Source of the DNA: a bacterium
GTDB taxonomy: Bacteria > Electryoneota > Electryoneia > Electryoneales > Electryoneaceae
Direction of reading: 5' to 3'
Length of the DNA stretch: 22,277 bases
Assembly (NCBI GenBank): GCA_043801585.1
Contig: JAZDLX010000124.1
Span: forward strand, 1-22,277
This document shows, piece by piece, positions 8,516-16,616 of the stretch; position 1 is the first letter of the stretch, and every line of letters starts with the position of its first letter. A model generated the notes under the pieces. That model was not told the DNA's origin and ran no database searches. It saw only the letters and a program-made list of their open reading frames with translations. A program made the position numbers and the translations under genes.

Positions 8516-9615
8516 GCTTCCTCCAACATCTCATCAACCGCGCCAAGAACTTCGGGAACTCCGACGCACCGAAGACTGGCCTCCATTGCTCGCGGATCCG
8601 ATTCCGGATACTCGCTTCCACAGGGGGAGGTCAACGTACGACACCGGTTGTCTGCAGTCCAGGGCCGGAACCGCACGACGTTCACGGAGGCGAAGAGCGC
8701 CACCAGGGGTGTCCCAACCGCGGCAGCGATGTGCATCGGACCGGTGTCATTGGTTACCGCTACCCGGCAGGCCTGAAGTAATGCCGCTGTTTCACGGAGA
8801 GTTACACGCCCTGCAAGGTCACGCGCATTTCCAGCCACAGCATCCGTTACATGCGCCGCCACCTCGATGTCGTCTTTGGCGCCAAGCACCATGATTTTCA
8901 TTCCACGGGCACGGAGCACGACCGCGATCTCGGCAAAACGCTCTACAGGCCAGCGCTTGTGCGAAACGTTTGCCCCGGGCATGATCGCAGCCCACTCGCC
9001 GGGCTGCTCAAGCAAGCGAAGGGCTCGCTCCCGCTCCTCACGTGAAACAGGAAGCACCAGAGGCCGCGGCGCCGGGTCCGCACCGAGCAACGACGCTACC
9101 TTCAGTTTTGTCAACGCCTCCGGTACCGGATCGGCTGAAGATTCCCGTACTTCACCATCAAACAACGACATTCTGCCATCGGTGTTGCGGCCAACCCAGA
9201 CCGGCACCTCAAGGCTGCGAAGGAGCAGGCCAAGCGTTAAAGCTCCCCGGCGGGTAGAGACGTTGTTCAACGAGAGGAGGGCGTCATATCGTGACTCGCG
9301 AAGCGGACGTGTCTGGTTCCGCAGGTCGTAGAGCATCCCCGGCACGAGCAGGGAAAGAGGATTGCGGAAGCGTCCGATATCGAAAAAATAGACGTTGCTG
9401 ACTGCCGGATGTCCGGCCAGGAGGTTAGCTGCGCGTGGGCTGGTGAGCACGTCGATGCGGGCTTCTGGAAACCGTTCGCGAAGCGCCGAGAGTGCTGGAG
9501 TCGCCAGGACGAGATCGCCGATTCCCGCAATCTGCACGGCAAGCAGGCGCGGAGGGCGGCCATCGGGCAGCTTGATCTCCCCGTTCGGTTTCCGGATCCA
9601 CTTCATCGGGATCAT
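8512..9615 (-). CDS. Glycosyltransferase family 9 (LPS heptosyltransferase-like)
   Basis: IGDLVLATPAL..LR..FPEA.I, PGA....KRWP.E.F, NDTGPMHIAAAVGTPLVALF. Start may instead be 9606. Confidence 0.9.
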   Translation of the reverse strand: MIPMKWIRKPNGEIKLPDGRPPRLLAVQIAGIGDLVLATPALSALRERFPEARIDVLTSPRAANLLAGHPAVSNVYFFDIGRFRNPLSLLVPGMLYDLRNQTRPLRESRYDALLSLNNVSTRRGALTLGLLLRSLEVPVWVGRNTDGRMSLFDGEVRESSADPVPEALTKLKVASLLGADPAPRPLVLPVSREERERALRLLEQPGEWAAIMPGANVSHKRWPVERFAEIAVVLRARGMKIMVLGAKDDIEVAAHVTDAVAGNARDLAGRVTLRETAALLQACRVAVTNDTGPMHIAAAVGTPLVALFASVNVVRFRPWTADNRCRTLTSPCGSEYPESDPRAMEASLRCVGVPEVLGAVDEMLEEA

Positions 9616-9722
9616 TCGCTTGACCTCGACTCGGTTATCGACAGTTTTCGCAGTACCCTTGCAGCGCCGCAGGCGACTCCGCTACTTTTCTTCACCCCCA
9701 ACCTGCGATGGAGAAACGTGAA

Positions 9723-10619
9723 ATGAATATACGCAAGATCCTGTTTCCGACCGATTTTTCCGGTCCCTCTAACCGTGCGCTTGACCATGCCCTCGTTCTC
9801 GCGCACCGGTTCAAAGCTACGCTTGTGATGCTGCATGTCGAAGTCCCCTACGCCACCGATCCGAACAATCCACGGTTTGAATTCCCGAAGCTCGAGGAGT
9901 TGTTCCAGGCGATCCGTGAACAGGTCGAGAAGCGGCTGAACAGTCCCGAACAGCCAGTTGTCACCGGCGACATTGAAATCGTGCATGATGTCAAACGGGC
10001 GGTGTCCGCCGCTCCGGAAATCCTCCAATACGCCGAAGTACAGGAAATCGACATGATCGTCATGGGGACGCACGGACGGACCGGACTCGGACATTTCCTT
10101 CTCGGTTCCACCGCCGAGCGGGTTGTCCACGGCGCGAAGATTCCCGTTCTGACGATACGCCACGGAGAAGACCTTCTGCTGGCGCATCAGGGAAAATACG
10201 AGAGGGTTCTTGTTCCCACGGATTTCTCGGTATCCAGTCGCAACGCCCTGAAGGCCGGCGCGGAGCTGGCGGACAAGTTCGGCGGAAAACTTCTCGTGGT
10301 CCACGTTGTGGAGCCCGTGCTTTCACCGCAAAACCTGTTCGCGGGAGACCCCTCGCCGATCATCATCGACAATGAACTCTCCCTCCGCTCCCAGGCGGCA
10401 TTCGATGACTTTGCCGAGGGACTTGTTCCCAAAGACACCGTCATTAACCTCCGCGCCGGATCGTCACACAAGGAAATCATCGCGGAGGCAAAAGAGAAAA
10501 AGGCCGATTTGGTGGTGATGGCGGACCAGGGGTGGAGCGCTGTCGAACGCTGGCTGCTCGGAGGAACGACGGAAAAGGTGATCCGCCGCAGCCCCGTTCC
10601 GGTGCTCACGGTCAAGTAA
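9723..10619 (+). CDS. Universal stress protein with two tandem UspA domains
   Basis: Two copies of (K/R)xLxPTDFS; MGTHGRTG...LLGSTAERVV..A..PVL and LLGGTTEKVIRRSPVPVL; ATG 9723 follows GGAGA. Confidence 0.93.
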   Translation: MNIRKILFPTDFSGPSNRALDHALVLAHRFKATLVMLHVEVPYATDPNNPRFEFPKLEELFQAIREQVEKRLNSPEQPVVTGDIEIVHDVKRAVSAAPEILQYAEVQEIDMIVMGTHGRTGLGHFLLGSTAERVVHGAKIPVLTIRHGEDLLLAHQGKYERVLVPTDFSVSSRNALKAGAELADKFGGKLLVVHVVEPVLSPQNLFAGDPSPIIIDNELSLRSQAAFDDFAEGLVPKDTVINLRAGSSHKEIIAEAKEKKADLVVMADQGWSAVERWLLGGTTEKVIRRSPVPVLTVK

Positions 10620-10620
10620 G

Positions 10621-10720
10621 AATTAAAAAGGGGACACGTACCTTTTAATTTCGGTTATGCTTCCTTGGGCACATCAATCTTCAGGAACGAAATTAAAAGG
10701 TACGTGTCCCCTTTTTAATT
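10621..10720. repeat. REPIN-like inverted doublet, type B
   Basis: Perfect 33-bp inverted repeat (10621-10653 / 10688-10720: AATTAAAAAGGGGACACGTACCTTTTAATTTCG) around a 34-bp spacer; fills the gap between convergent genes. Confidence 0.85.
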
Positions 10721-10724
10721 TACC

Positions 10725-11423
10725 TCATTCTTTGATTCCAAGAATGCGCAGGAATGCCCGCCGGTCGGTCAGATCATCGAGGATGGCATCCGGTTTTGCT
10801 TCGATCAATTCTGCGCTGTCAACGATGCCCGTATTGACGGCGATGACCTTTGCACCCGCGCCCCGAGCCGCCTCTACATCCTTGTCTGTATCCCCGATCA
10901 CCCAGGCCTCCCCGGACCAACCGTAGTGACGTTTTCCCTCTCTCATCGCAGCGCGAATCAGGTCCACACGATTCTCATAGTCGCCGCCAAATCCACCGAC
11001 GGGGAAATAACGGTCGAGCCCAAAGCGAGCAAGTTTAATCGCGCAGGAGCGGCGGGTGTTGCCGGTGCCGAGGGCAAGTCCGATTTCGGGACGGCCGGCG
11101 AGATCCTCGACGAGCTCCATGACTCCGGGAAGCAGATAAGGATCGGGATGGGTGGCATAGGAAAATTCGAGAAGGTCCGTGAAGCGCTGTTCCCAGTCGG
11201 TGTAAAGACTCTCGAAATCTCCTGTTACGCCCGCTTCCTCGAGCATCGTGCGAAAGATTCCCCGGTCGGTCATTCCGGCGAATTGAGGCTTGGCCCGGTT
11301 CCCGTCGGCACCGGTGATCTCCAGGAACGCCTGCAGGAAAACGTCCCTGACCGCCCGGCGGTTGAGCAGCAACGTCCCATCAACGTCGAAGATGACAAGG
11401 ATGTGCGGGGCGGCGCCCGGCAT
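10725..11423 (-). CDS. HAD-superfamily hydrolase (phosphoglycolate-phosphatase-like)
   Basis: Motif I IFDVDGTLL, motif II LGTGN, GGFGGD, motif IV VIGDTDKD...A..AG. Confidence 0.9.
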   Translation of the reverse strand: MPGAAPHILVIFDVDGTLLLNRRAVRDVFLQAFLEITGADGNRAKPQFAGMTDRGIFRTMLEEAGVTGDFESLYTDWEQRFTDLLEFSYATHPDPYLLPGVMELVEDLAGRPEIGLALGTGNTRRSCAIKLARFGLDRYFPVGGFGGDYENRVDLIRAAMREGKRHYGWSGEAWVIGDTDKDVEAARGAGAKVIAVNTGIVDSAELIEAKPDAILDDLTDRRAFLRILGIKE

Positions 11424-11424
11424 G

Positions 11425-11943
11425 CTATTGCTCCTGTTCCGGTTTGGGCGGTTCTTTCAACCAGATCACTTCGGGCTTTCCAATCTCCGTGTCGAACCAG
11501 ACGACGGATGGTCCCTTGGACAGGCGGCCAAACACTTCGCCAGGATTGATAATCCAGGTCTCGCCCTGTTTCTCGACGCGCAGCTCATGGGTGTGACCGT
11601 GGATGACAACATCCGCCAGTTCGGGCCGGGCGAAGGCGCTGACCCAGTTCGGATGGTGCATCACTACGAACCGTACTCCCCCGAGTTCGTAGAGGTGAGG
11701 CTCTGAATTGACCTCTCCCGGCACCTCCGCGATGCGCCGGACCAGTCCCTGCCGTTCTCCGTCGCAGTTCCCGAAGACACCATACACAGGGCAGTTCGCC
11801 AGCTTCAGCGCATCGATCGTGAACGGCGCGATAAAGTCCCCCGCATGGATAACCGCTTCCGCGCCCCGGCGTGCAAACTCGATCATCGCCTTCTCCAGGT
11901 TCGGGACGTGATCGTGGCTGTCGCTGCAAATGCCGATCTTCAT
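11425..11943 (-). CDS. Metallophosphoesterase, YfcE/MJ0936 family
   Basis: SDSHD, HAGD, VFGNCD, MHHP, HGHTH, INPGE. Confidence 0.92.
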   Translation of the reverse strand: MKIGICSDSHDHVPNLEKAMIEFARRGAEAVIHAGDFIAPFTIDALKLANCPVYGVFGNCDGERQGLVRRIAEVPGEVNSEPHLYELGGVRFVVMHHPNWVSAFARPELADVVIHGHTHELRVEKQGETWIINPGEVFGRLSKGPSVVWFDTEIGKPEVIWLKEPPKPEQEQ

Positions 11944-11955
11944 CGTGCGGCGCCT

Positions 11956-12996
11956 TCAGTTCACCGGCAGGACGAGCATGTCCAGAATTTCCGCGCGTCC
12001 CGCGATTTCCTTGACATCCTTGCCGTCAATGTCAACCGGCAACGGAAGGCTGACCAGCACCAGGCCTCCCGGCGAAACACGCGTGTTCGGCACGGGGCCG
12101 ATCGTCCATTTGCCGAGACTCCGTCCCCGATAGACCAGCTCAATTTCCACCGTCGGGCTCGCATACGCCTGCCCATGGCTGAGGTTGGTCAGGGTCATCT
12201 GCCAGGCAAGGTTGTTGCCGTCCTGTATGACTTTCTGCTCGGAGACGTTGATGTTCTTCTGCCATAGGTCGGGGTTGAAACGCCATGCCCGGATTTCGCC
12301 GATTTTCAGAAAATCGCCCTCGGCGAACCACAATTCGACGCGATCGACACCGGCGAAACGGTTGTCGTACTGCGCGCGTTCCGTATTGATCGATGTGGAT
12401 TTCGCCTCGGACAACCCGACCGCCGACAGGGCCTCTTTCGTCTTTCCTTCAAAGGGCGGGAGGACGAATGAAACGGCGAAGATTTTTCGCGTCGGGCGGT
12501 CCACGGACACCTTGACCGATATCAGCGAACTGACGCCGAAAAGCGATGTGCCGCCGGGAAGATCATTCGTCCAAACGTAATTCACCGCCTGATCCGAGAT
12601 CGTTTCGACTGTGCTTTGCGAGCCGAAAATCTCGGTCAGTTCGGAGATCTGGCGAGGAGCGGAGGGTTCGCCAAGCCAGAGATGAACATCCAGCGGGTTG
12701 ACAAGCGGGTAACCGAGAGATGGCGCCCAGATCCATGCCTGAGGGATCTGCGGTCCACTCACCTGTGCCCAGTTGCCACGCCGGAGGGTCTGGGTCAATT
12801 GCTGGCCGTTATGAACCTCACCCACTTGCTTTCCGCTCGGTGTCTCGCGCAAGTTTTCAACGGCTGATCGCACTGTCACGGGCGTTCCCGTCGGTTCACC
12901 GCGCCGTCCGCCGCCGGAACCGGCACATCCGACGATCAGCGCACTCGTCAGGGCAGCCGTCGCTAACGCTCTTATCGCTGTCCATCCACTCCGCAT
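11956..12996 (-). CDS. Hypothetical lipoprotein with N-terminal SH3-like domain
   Basis: MRSGWTAIRALATAALTSALIVGC (lipobox); NLRETPSGKQVGEV..G....GNWAQV.....AWIW is an SH3b-like pattern; ATG 12996 follows GCGGAG. Confidence 0.75.
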   Translation of the reverse strand: MRSGWTAIRALATAALTSALIVGCAGSGGGRRGEPTGTPVTVRSAVENLRETPSGKQVGEVHNGQQLTQTLRRGNWAQVSGPQIPQAWIWAPSLGYPLVNPLDVHLWLGEPSAPRQISELTEIFGSQSTVETISDQAVNYVWTNDLPGGTSLFGVSSLISVKVSVDRPTRKIFAVSFVLPPFEGKTKEALSAVGLSEAKSTSINTERAQYDNRFAGVDRVELWFAEGDFLKIGEIRAWRFNPDLWQKNINVSEQKVIQDGNNLAWQMTLTNLSHGQAYASPTVEIELVYRGRSLGKWTIGPVPNTRVSPGGLVLVSLPLPVDIDGKDVKEIAGRAEILDMLVLPVN

Positions 12997-13155
12997 CACT
13001 GTCTCCGCTTTTCGATCCGATGTTGTTGGGGTTTTCTTTGCGCCGCACGGAGCTTTTTTCTTTTCCCGATGCAGTGGAAAGAATGTGGAAACGTAACATC
13101 CAAAGGTCCACGATGTCGAGGGAATCCGAGCTGTCTCCCCGGGGCACGGCACACC

Positions 13156-13503
13156 ATCAAACCCGGGACTGATCCGCCTTCACTTAGGCTTCGGCGAACA
13201 AGAATCTCAATGGGTGGCCCGACTTGCTTGCAAGTCGGGTTTCACAAATCCTTTTGAACCAAACTCGTTTCCTGCCAACCTCGTAGACCAGAAACCCAGT
13301 CCCGAACTGGTCGGGACCGGGCCTCCCGGCCATCAAGCTGGCCGGGCCACCCTCCACCTTTGTCATTGCGAGGACGTCCACAGGGCGGACGAAGCAATCT
13401 CGCTTTTTCCATCAGATCCGAAGATCAGAACAAACCTATGAAACCCGGGACTGATTCGCCTGCGCTAGTGCTTCGGCGGACATGCGTCCCGGGCCACCCA
13501 TCG
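13156..13503. repeat. Cluster of type A REP-like palindromes (five full or partial copies)
   Basis: 13156-13202 (left half only), 13210-13245 (reverse), 13291-13327, 13325-13352 (no GAAA flank), 13438-13503. Full copies read GAAACCC-hairpin-GGGCC(A/T)CCC. Confidence 0.8.
13361..13401. repeat. GTCATTGCGAG...GAAGCAATCTC palindromic repeat (type C)
   Basis: TGTCATTGCGAGGACGTCCACAGGGCGGACGAAGCAATCTC: ATTGC/GCAAT outer stem and CGTCC/GGACG inner stem; resembles CGTC-type and Rickettsia-type palindromic elements (from memory). Confidence 0.7.
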
Positions 13504-13533
13504 AATGGCCGCCTGCCTGACATGGAGCTTGCG

Positions 13534-13614
13534 GGAAAATGTACCAGGTACTTTTTCTCCCGATCAGAATAATTGCATGACCTCGCACAAGAAAAGGTAC
13601 CTGGTACATTTTCC
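13534..13614. repeat. REPIN-like inverted doublet, type B variant
   Basis: GGAAAATGTACCAGGTACTTTTTCT (13534-13558) and AGAAAAGGTACCTGGTACATTTTCC (13590-13614): 25-bp inverted repeat with one mismatch and a 31-bp spacer. Confidence 0.85.
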
Positions 13615-13645
13615 TGCCCATCCTGCAGATCCTGTTTCAAGCAGT

Positions 13646-16384
13646 TTAGTGTGCCTCCAGCCAGTTCATTCCCCACCCGCAGTCGGCGACAAGCGGCACC
13701 TTCAGCTCCATTGCCGATTCCATCCGCTCCTTGATAAACGCCGACGCCGCCTCCTCCTCCCCGCGCGGCACCTCGAAAACCAGTTCGTCATGCACCTGGA
13801 GCAGCATTCGGTAGGGTAGCTGTTTCTTCTCAATGTCGCGGTCGAGACGGATCATCGCGACTTTGATCAGATCCGCCGCACTGCCCTGGACGGCTGTGGC
13901 GATGGCGATCCGTTCACCCTGCTGGACGATGTTCTGGTTGGACTGCTTCAGTTCCGGCATCGGACGACGGCGGCCAAGGATCGTCCTGACAACCCCATCC
14001 TTATGCGCCGATTCAAGCAGTTCGTCGATGAACCGTTTCACCTTCGGAAACGCCCCAAAGTAGCCTTCGATGAATTCCCGGGCTTTTTCCAAACTGATGT
14101 CCATCCGGCTGGAGAGGCCGTACTCACGCATCCCGAACAGCACTCCGAAGTTGACCGCTTTGGATGCGCTCCGCTGCTCCTTGCTGACCATCTCGATGGG
14201 GACGTTGAAGATCTCGGCGGCGGTCGCGGCGTGGATGTCGTCCCCCCGCTTGAATGCGCTGATCAGGGCATTATCACCCGAAAGGTGCGCCATCATCCGC
14301 AGCTCGATCTGCGAGTAGTCCGCGGAGAGGAGGACGTGGCCCCTCTCGGCAATGAACGCCTTGCGGATCTCCGCGCCGAGTTCGGTGCGGATCGGGATGT
14401 TCTGCAGGTTCGGATCGGAGGATGAAAGCCGTCCCGTGCTGGCGACTGTCTGGTGGTAGCTGGTGTGCAGGCGTCCGGTAACAGGATTGACCAGTTGCGG
14501 CAGAGCGTCCACATAGGTGCCTGCCAGTTTGGCGAAGGTCCGGTGTTCGAGAATTTTTTTCGGCAGCGGATCGAGAGGAGCGATGCGCTCCAGCACCGAC
14601 TGGTCGGTGGACCAGCCGCCGGACTTCAGCTTGCGCGACATTTTTGTCGGCAGGTTCATCTTTTCAAAAAGGATCGTACTGAGCTGGCTCGGGCTGTTCA
14701 GATTGAATTTTTCCCCTGCAAGCTTGTGGCATTCCCCCTCGAGCTCGTCCATCCGTGTGCGAAGCTCGATGCTCATTTCCGCGAGGAAGTCCGTATCGAG
14801 GCGGATGCCGCGCGCTTCCATGCGCATCAAGACATATTCCAGCGGCAGTTCGACCTCACGGAGCAGGTCGGTGAGGTTTTCGTTCTCGATGCGGGGCTCC
14901 AGCTCGTCGGCGAGTCGCAGGGTGACATCCGCATCCTCGCAGGCGTACTGAGTGACCTGTTTCAATGGAACACGGTCCATCGTGATCTGCCCCTTGCCCG
15001 TGCCGATCAGCTCCTTCGTTTCGATTTTCTGCAGCTTGAGGTAGTTCATCGCCAGCTGATCGAGGCCGTGCCCCCGTTGCGCGGGGTTCAGCAGGTAGTC
15101 CGCGAGCATCGGGTCGAATTCGAGGGGTTGAACCTTGACGCCGTACCGCTCAAGGATCAGGAAATCATACTTGGCGTGCTGCGCGATTTTTCCAGTCCCT
15201 CCCTCGAGCGCCGGTTTCATCATCTCGACGATGCGCTTTGCAGCCTCGTCCAGCTCCGCCAGGGCTCGGCCGTCAGAGGGTGGCGCAGGTTCTCCCTCGA
15301 ACTGGAAATGGTTGACCGGGATGTATTTCGCCTCGCCCGGTTTCAGCGACACCGAGATGCCCACGAGTTGCGCGCTGACCGGATCAATGCTCGTCGTCTC
15401 GGTATCTACCGCAAACCGTTTCGCTTTTTTCAACTCCCGCACCAGTTTGGTCAGCGCGTTCACCGTTGTCACGGCCTTGTAGTCCAGTTTGCCGGGTTCG
15501 TCGCTGGTACGGTGCGGTTCAACGTCGAGATAACGGAAGAGGCTGCGAAATTCCAGCTCGGAGAACAGCTCCCGCACTTCGTCGCCGTCCCACGGTCCGT
15601 ACGTGAACTCGTCGAAGGTGAATTCGATGGGAGCCCGGGTACGGATCGTGACCAGGTCTTTCGATAGCATCGCCTGCTCCCGGAACTCCTTCAGGTTTTC
15701 ACCCGTTTTGCCCCCGATCTCGTCCGCATGGTTCAAGACCGCCTCGACACTGCCGTATTCAGTGACAAAAGCGATCGCTTTCTTGGGGCCGATGCCCGGC
15801 ACGCCGGGGACGTTATCGCTGCTGTCGCCCGCCAAGGCAAGCACATCGATCACCTGCCGGGGCGGGACTCCAAAAACCTCCTTCACCTGCTCCGGACCGA
15901 AGATCGAAACGTTATCCAACCCCTTGGTATTGTTATAGAACCACACGTTGTCGCCCACGAGTTGGTAATAATCCTTGTCCCCGGTGACAAGGAACACTTC
16001 ATATCCCTCCAGGGAGGCCTGCTCCGCGACTGTCCCGACCAAGTCATCCGCTTCATACCCGGGGAGGATCAACTTCTTGATTTTCAGGACGTTCAACACT
16101 TCATCCATGCGTGGAAGCTGCTCCACCAGCTCCTCCGGCATTTTTTCACGTGTCGCCTTGTAGTCGGTGAAGATGTGATGGCGAAAGGTGGGTTCCCTGG
16201 AGTCGTAGATGACCGCGAGCAGATCCGGTTTTTCGCGATCAATCAGAGCGAGCAGGGTGTTTGTCACGCCGAAAACCGCAGAGACATTTTCGCCCTTGCT
16301 GGTGAACAGCGGGCTTCTCGCCATGGCGAAGTGGGCACGGTAGATCTGTGCCATGGCGTCAATTAAAAACAACCGTTTCGGCAT
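13646..16384 (-). CDS. polA: DNA polymerase I
   Basis: 5'-nuclease (LIDAM...YRAHFA, GYEADD, GDSSDNVPGVPGIGPK), 3'-5' exonuclease (AVDTET, AKYD, YACEDAD), polymerase (TGRLSSSDPNLQNIP, DYSQIELR, KAVNFGVLFG, LLQVHDELVFE); start MPKRLFLID at 16384. Confidence 0.98.
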   Translation of the reverse strand: MPKRLFLIDAMAQIYRAHFAMARSPLFTSKGENVSAVFGVTNTLLALIDREKPDLLAVIYDSREPTFRHHIFTDYKATREKMPEELVEQLPRMDEVLNVLKIKKLILPGYEADDLVGTVAEQASLEGYEVFLVTGDKDYYQLVGDNVWFYNNTKGLDNVSIFGPEQVKEVFGVPPRQVIDVLALAGDSSDNVPGVPGIGPKKAIAFVTEYGSVEAVLNHADEIGGKTGENLKEFREQAMLSKDLVTIRTRAPIEFTFDEFTYGPWDGDEVRELFSELEFRSLFRYLDVEPHRTSDEPGKLDYKAVTTVNALTKLVRELKKAKRFAVDTETTSIDPVSAQLVGISVSLKPGEAKYIPVNHFQFEGEPAPPSDGRALAELDEAAKRIVEMMKPALEGGTGKIAQHAKYDFLILERYGVKVQPLEFDPMLADYLLNPAQRGHGLDQLAMNYLKLQKIETKELIGTGKGQITMDRVPLKQVTQYACEDADVTLRLADELEPRIENENLTDLLREVELPLEYVLMRMEARGIRLDTDFLAEMSIELRTRMDELEGECHKLAGEKFNLNSPSQLSTILFEKMNLPTKMSRKLKSGGWSTDQSVLERIAPLDPLPKKILEHRTFAKLAGTYVDALPQLVNPVTGRLHTSYHQTVASTGRLSSSDPNLQNIPIRTELGAEIRKAFIAERGHVLLSADYSQIELRMMAHLSGDNALISAFKRGDDIHAATAAEIFNVPIEMVSKEQRSASKAVNFGVLFGMREYGLSSRMDISLEKAREFIEGYFGAFPKVKRFIDELLESAHKDGVVRTILGRRRPMPELKQSNQNIVQQGERIAIATAVQGSAADLIKVAMIRLDRDIEKKQLPYRMLLQVHDELVFEVPRGEEEAASAFIKERMESAMELKVPLVADCGWGMNWLEAH

Positions 16385-16616
16385 GGTGATTCCCTGGTGA
16401 ATTGATCCTTGCTTTGCGCCCTCGAAAGGTAGCTGTGAGGTCCCATCCGGGCAAGCGTGCAACCGCCAGATTGTGGGACGGTGGAACCCCAGCGGCGACT
16501 ACAATGGACTCCCGGAGAATTCACGGAAATCCTTGCATATTTTGGACAAAACTCTATATTCAACAACCCGGAGAAATATGAATTTCCACTCTTCCAACCA
16601 AGGAACAGAAACCCTC

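Noticed and set aside
8515..9720. preQ1 riboswitch upstream of yhhQ or of the operon
   Set aside because: yhhQ has no leader of its own, and no preQ1-I-like hairpin with an A-rich tail is evident upstream of the GT9 gene.
12997..13152. N-terminal extensions in the ORF track (also 46-72, 3789-3890, 7547-7690, 16385-16462, 16473-16616, 17474-17533)
   Set aside because: Downstream starts fit the RBS, signal peptide or family N-terminus better.
13156..13637. Possible CRISPR array, or small ORFs in the polA spacer
   Set aside because: Repeats vary in sequence, orientation and spacing, and no cas genes are present; the ORFs are translations of the repeats.
14453..15667. 404-aa plus-strand ORF, and similar ones at 4800-5822, 8042-8776, 9612-10304 and 16725-17438
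   Set aside because: They overlap well-supported genes on the opposite strand and show no protein-family motifs.
13646..16384. Intein or inactivated domain in polA
   Set aside because: Normal length (912 aa) with catalytic acidic motifs present; only a short loop insertion in the exonuclease domain.
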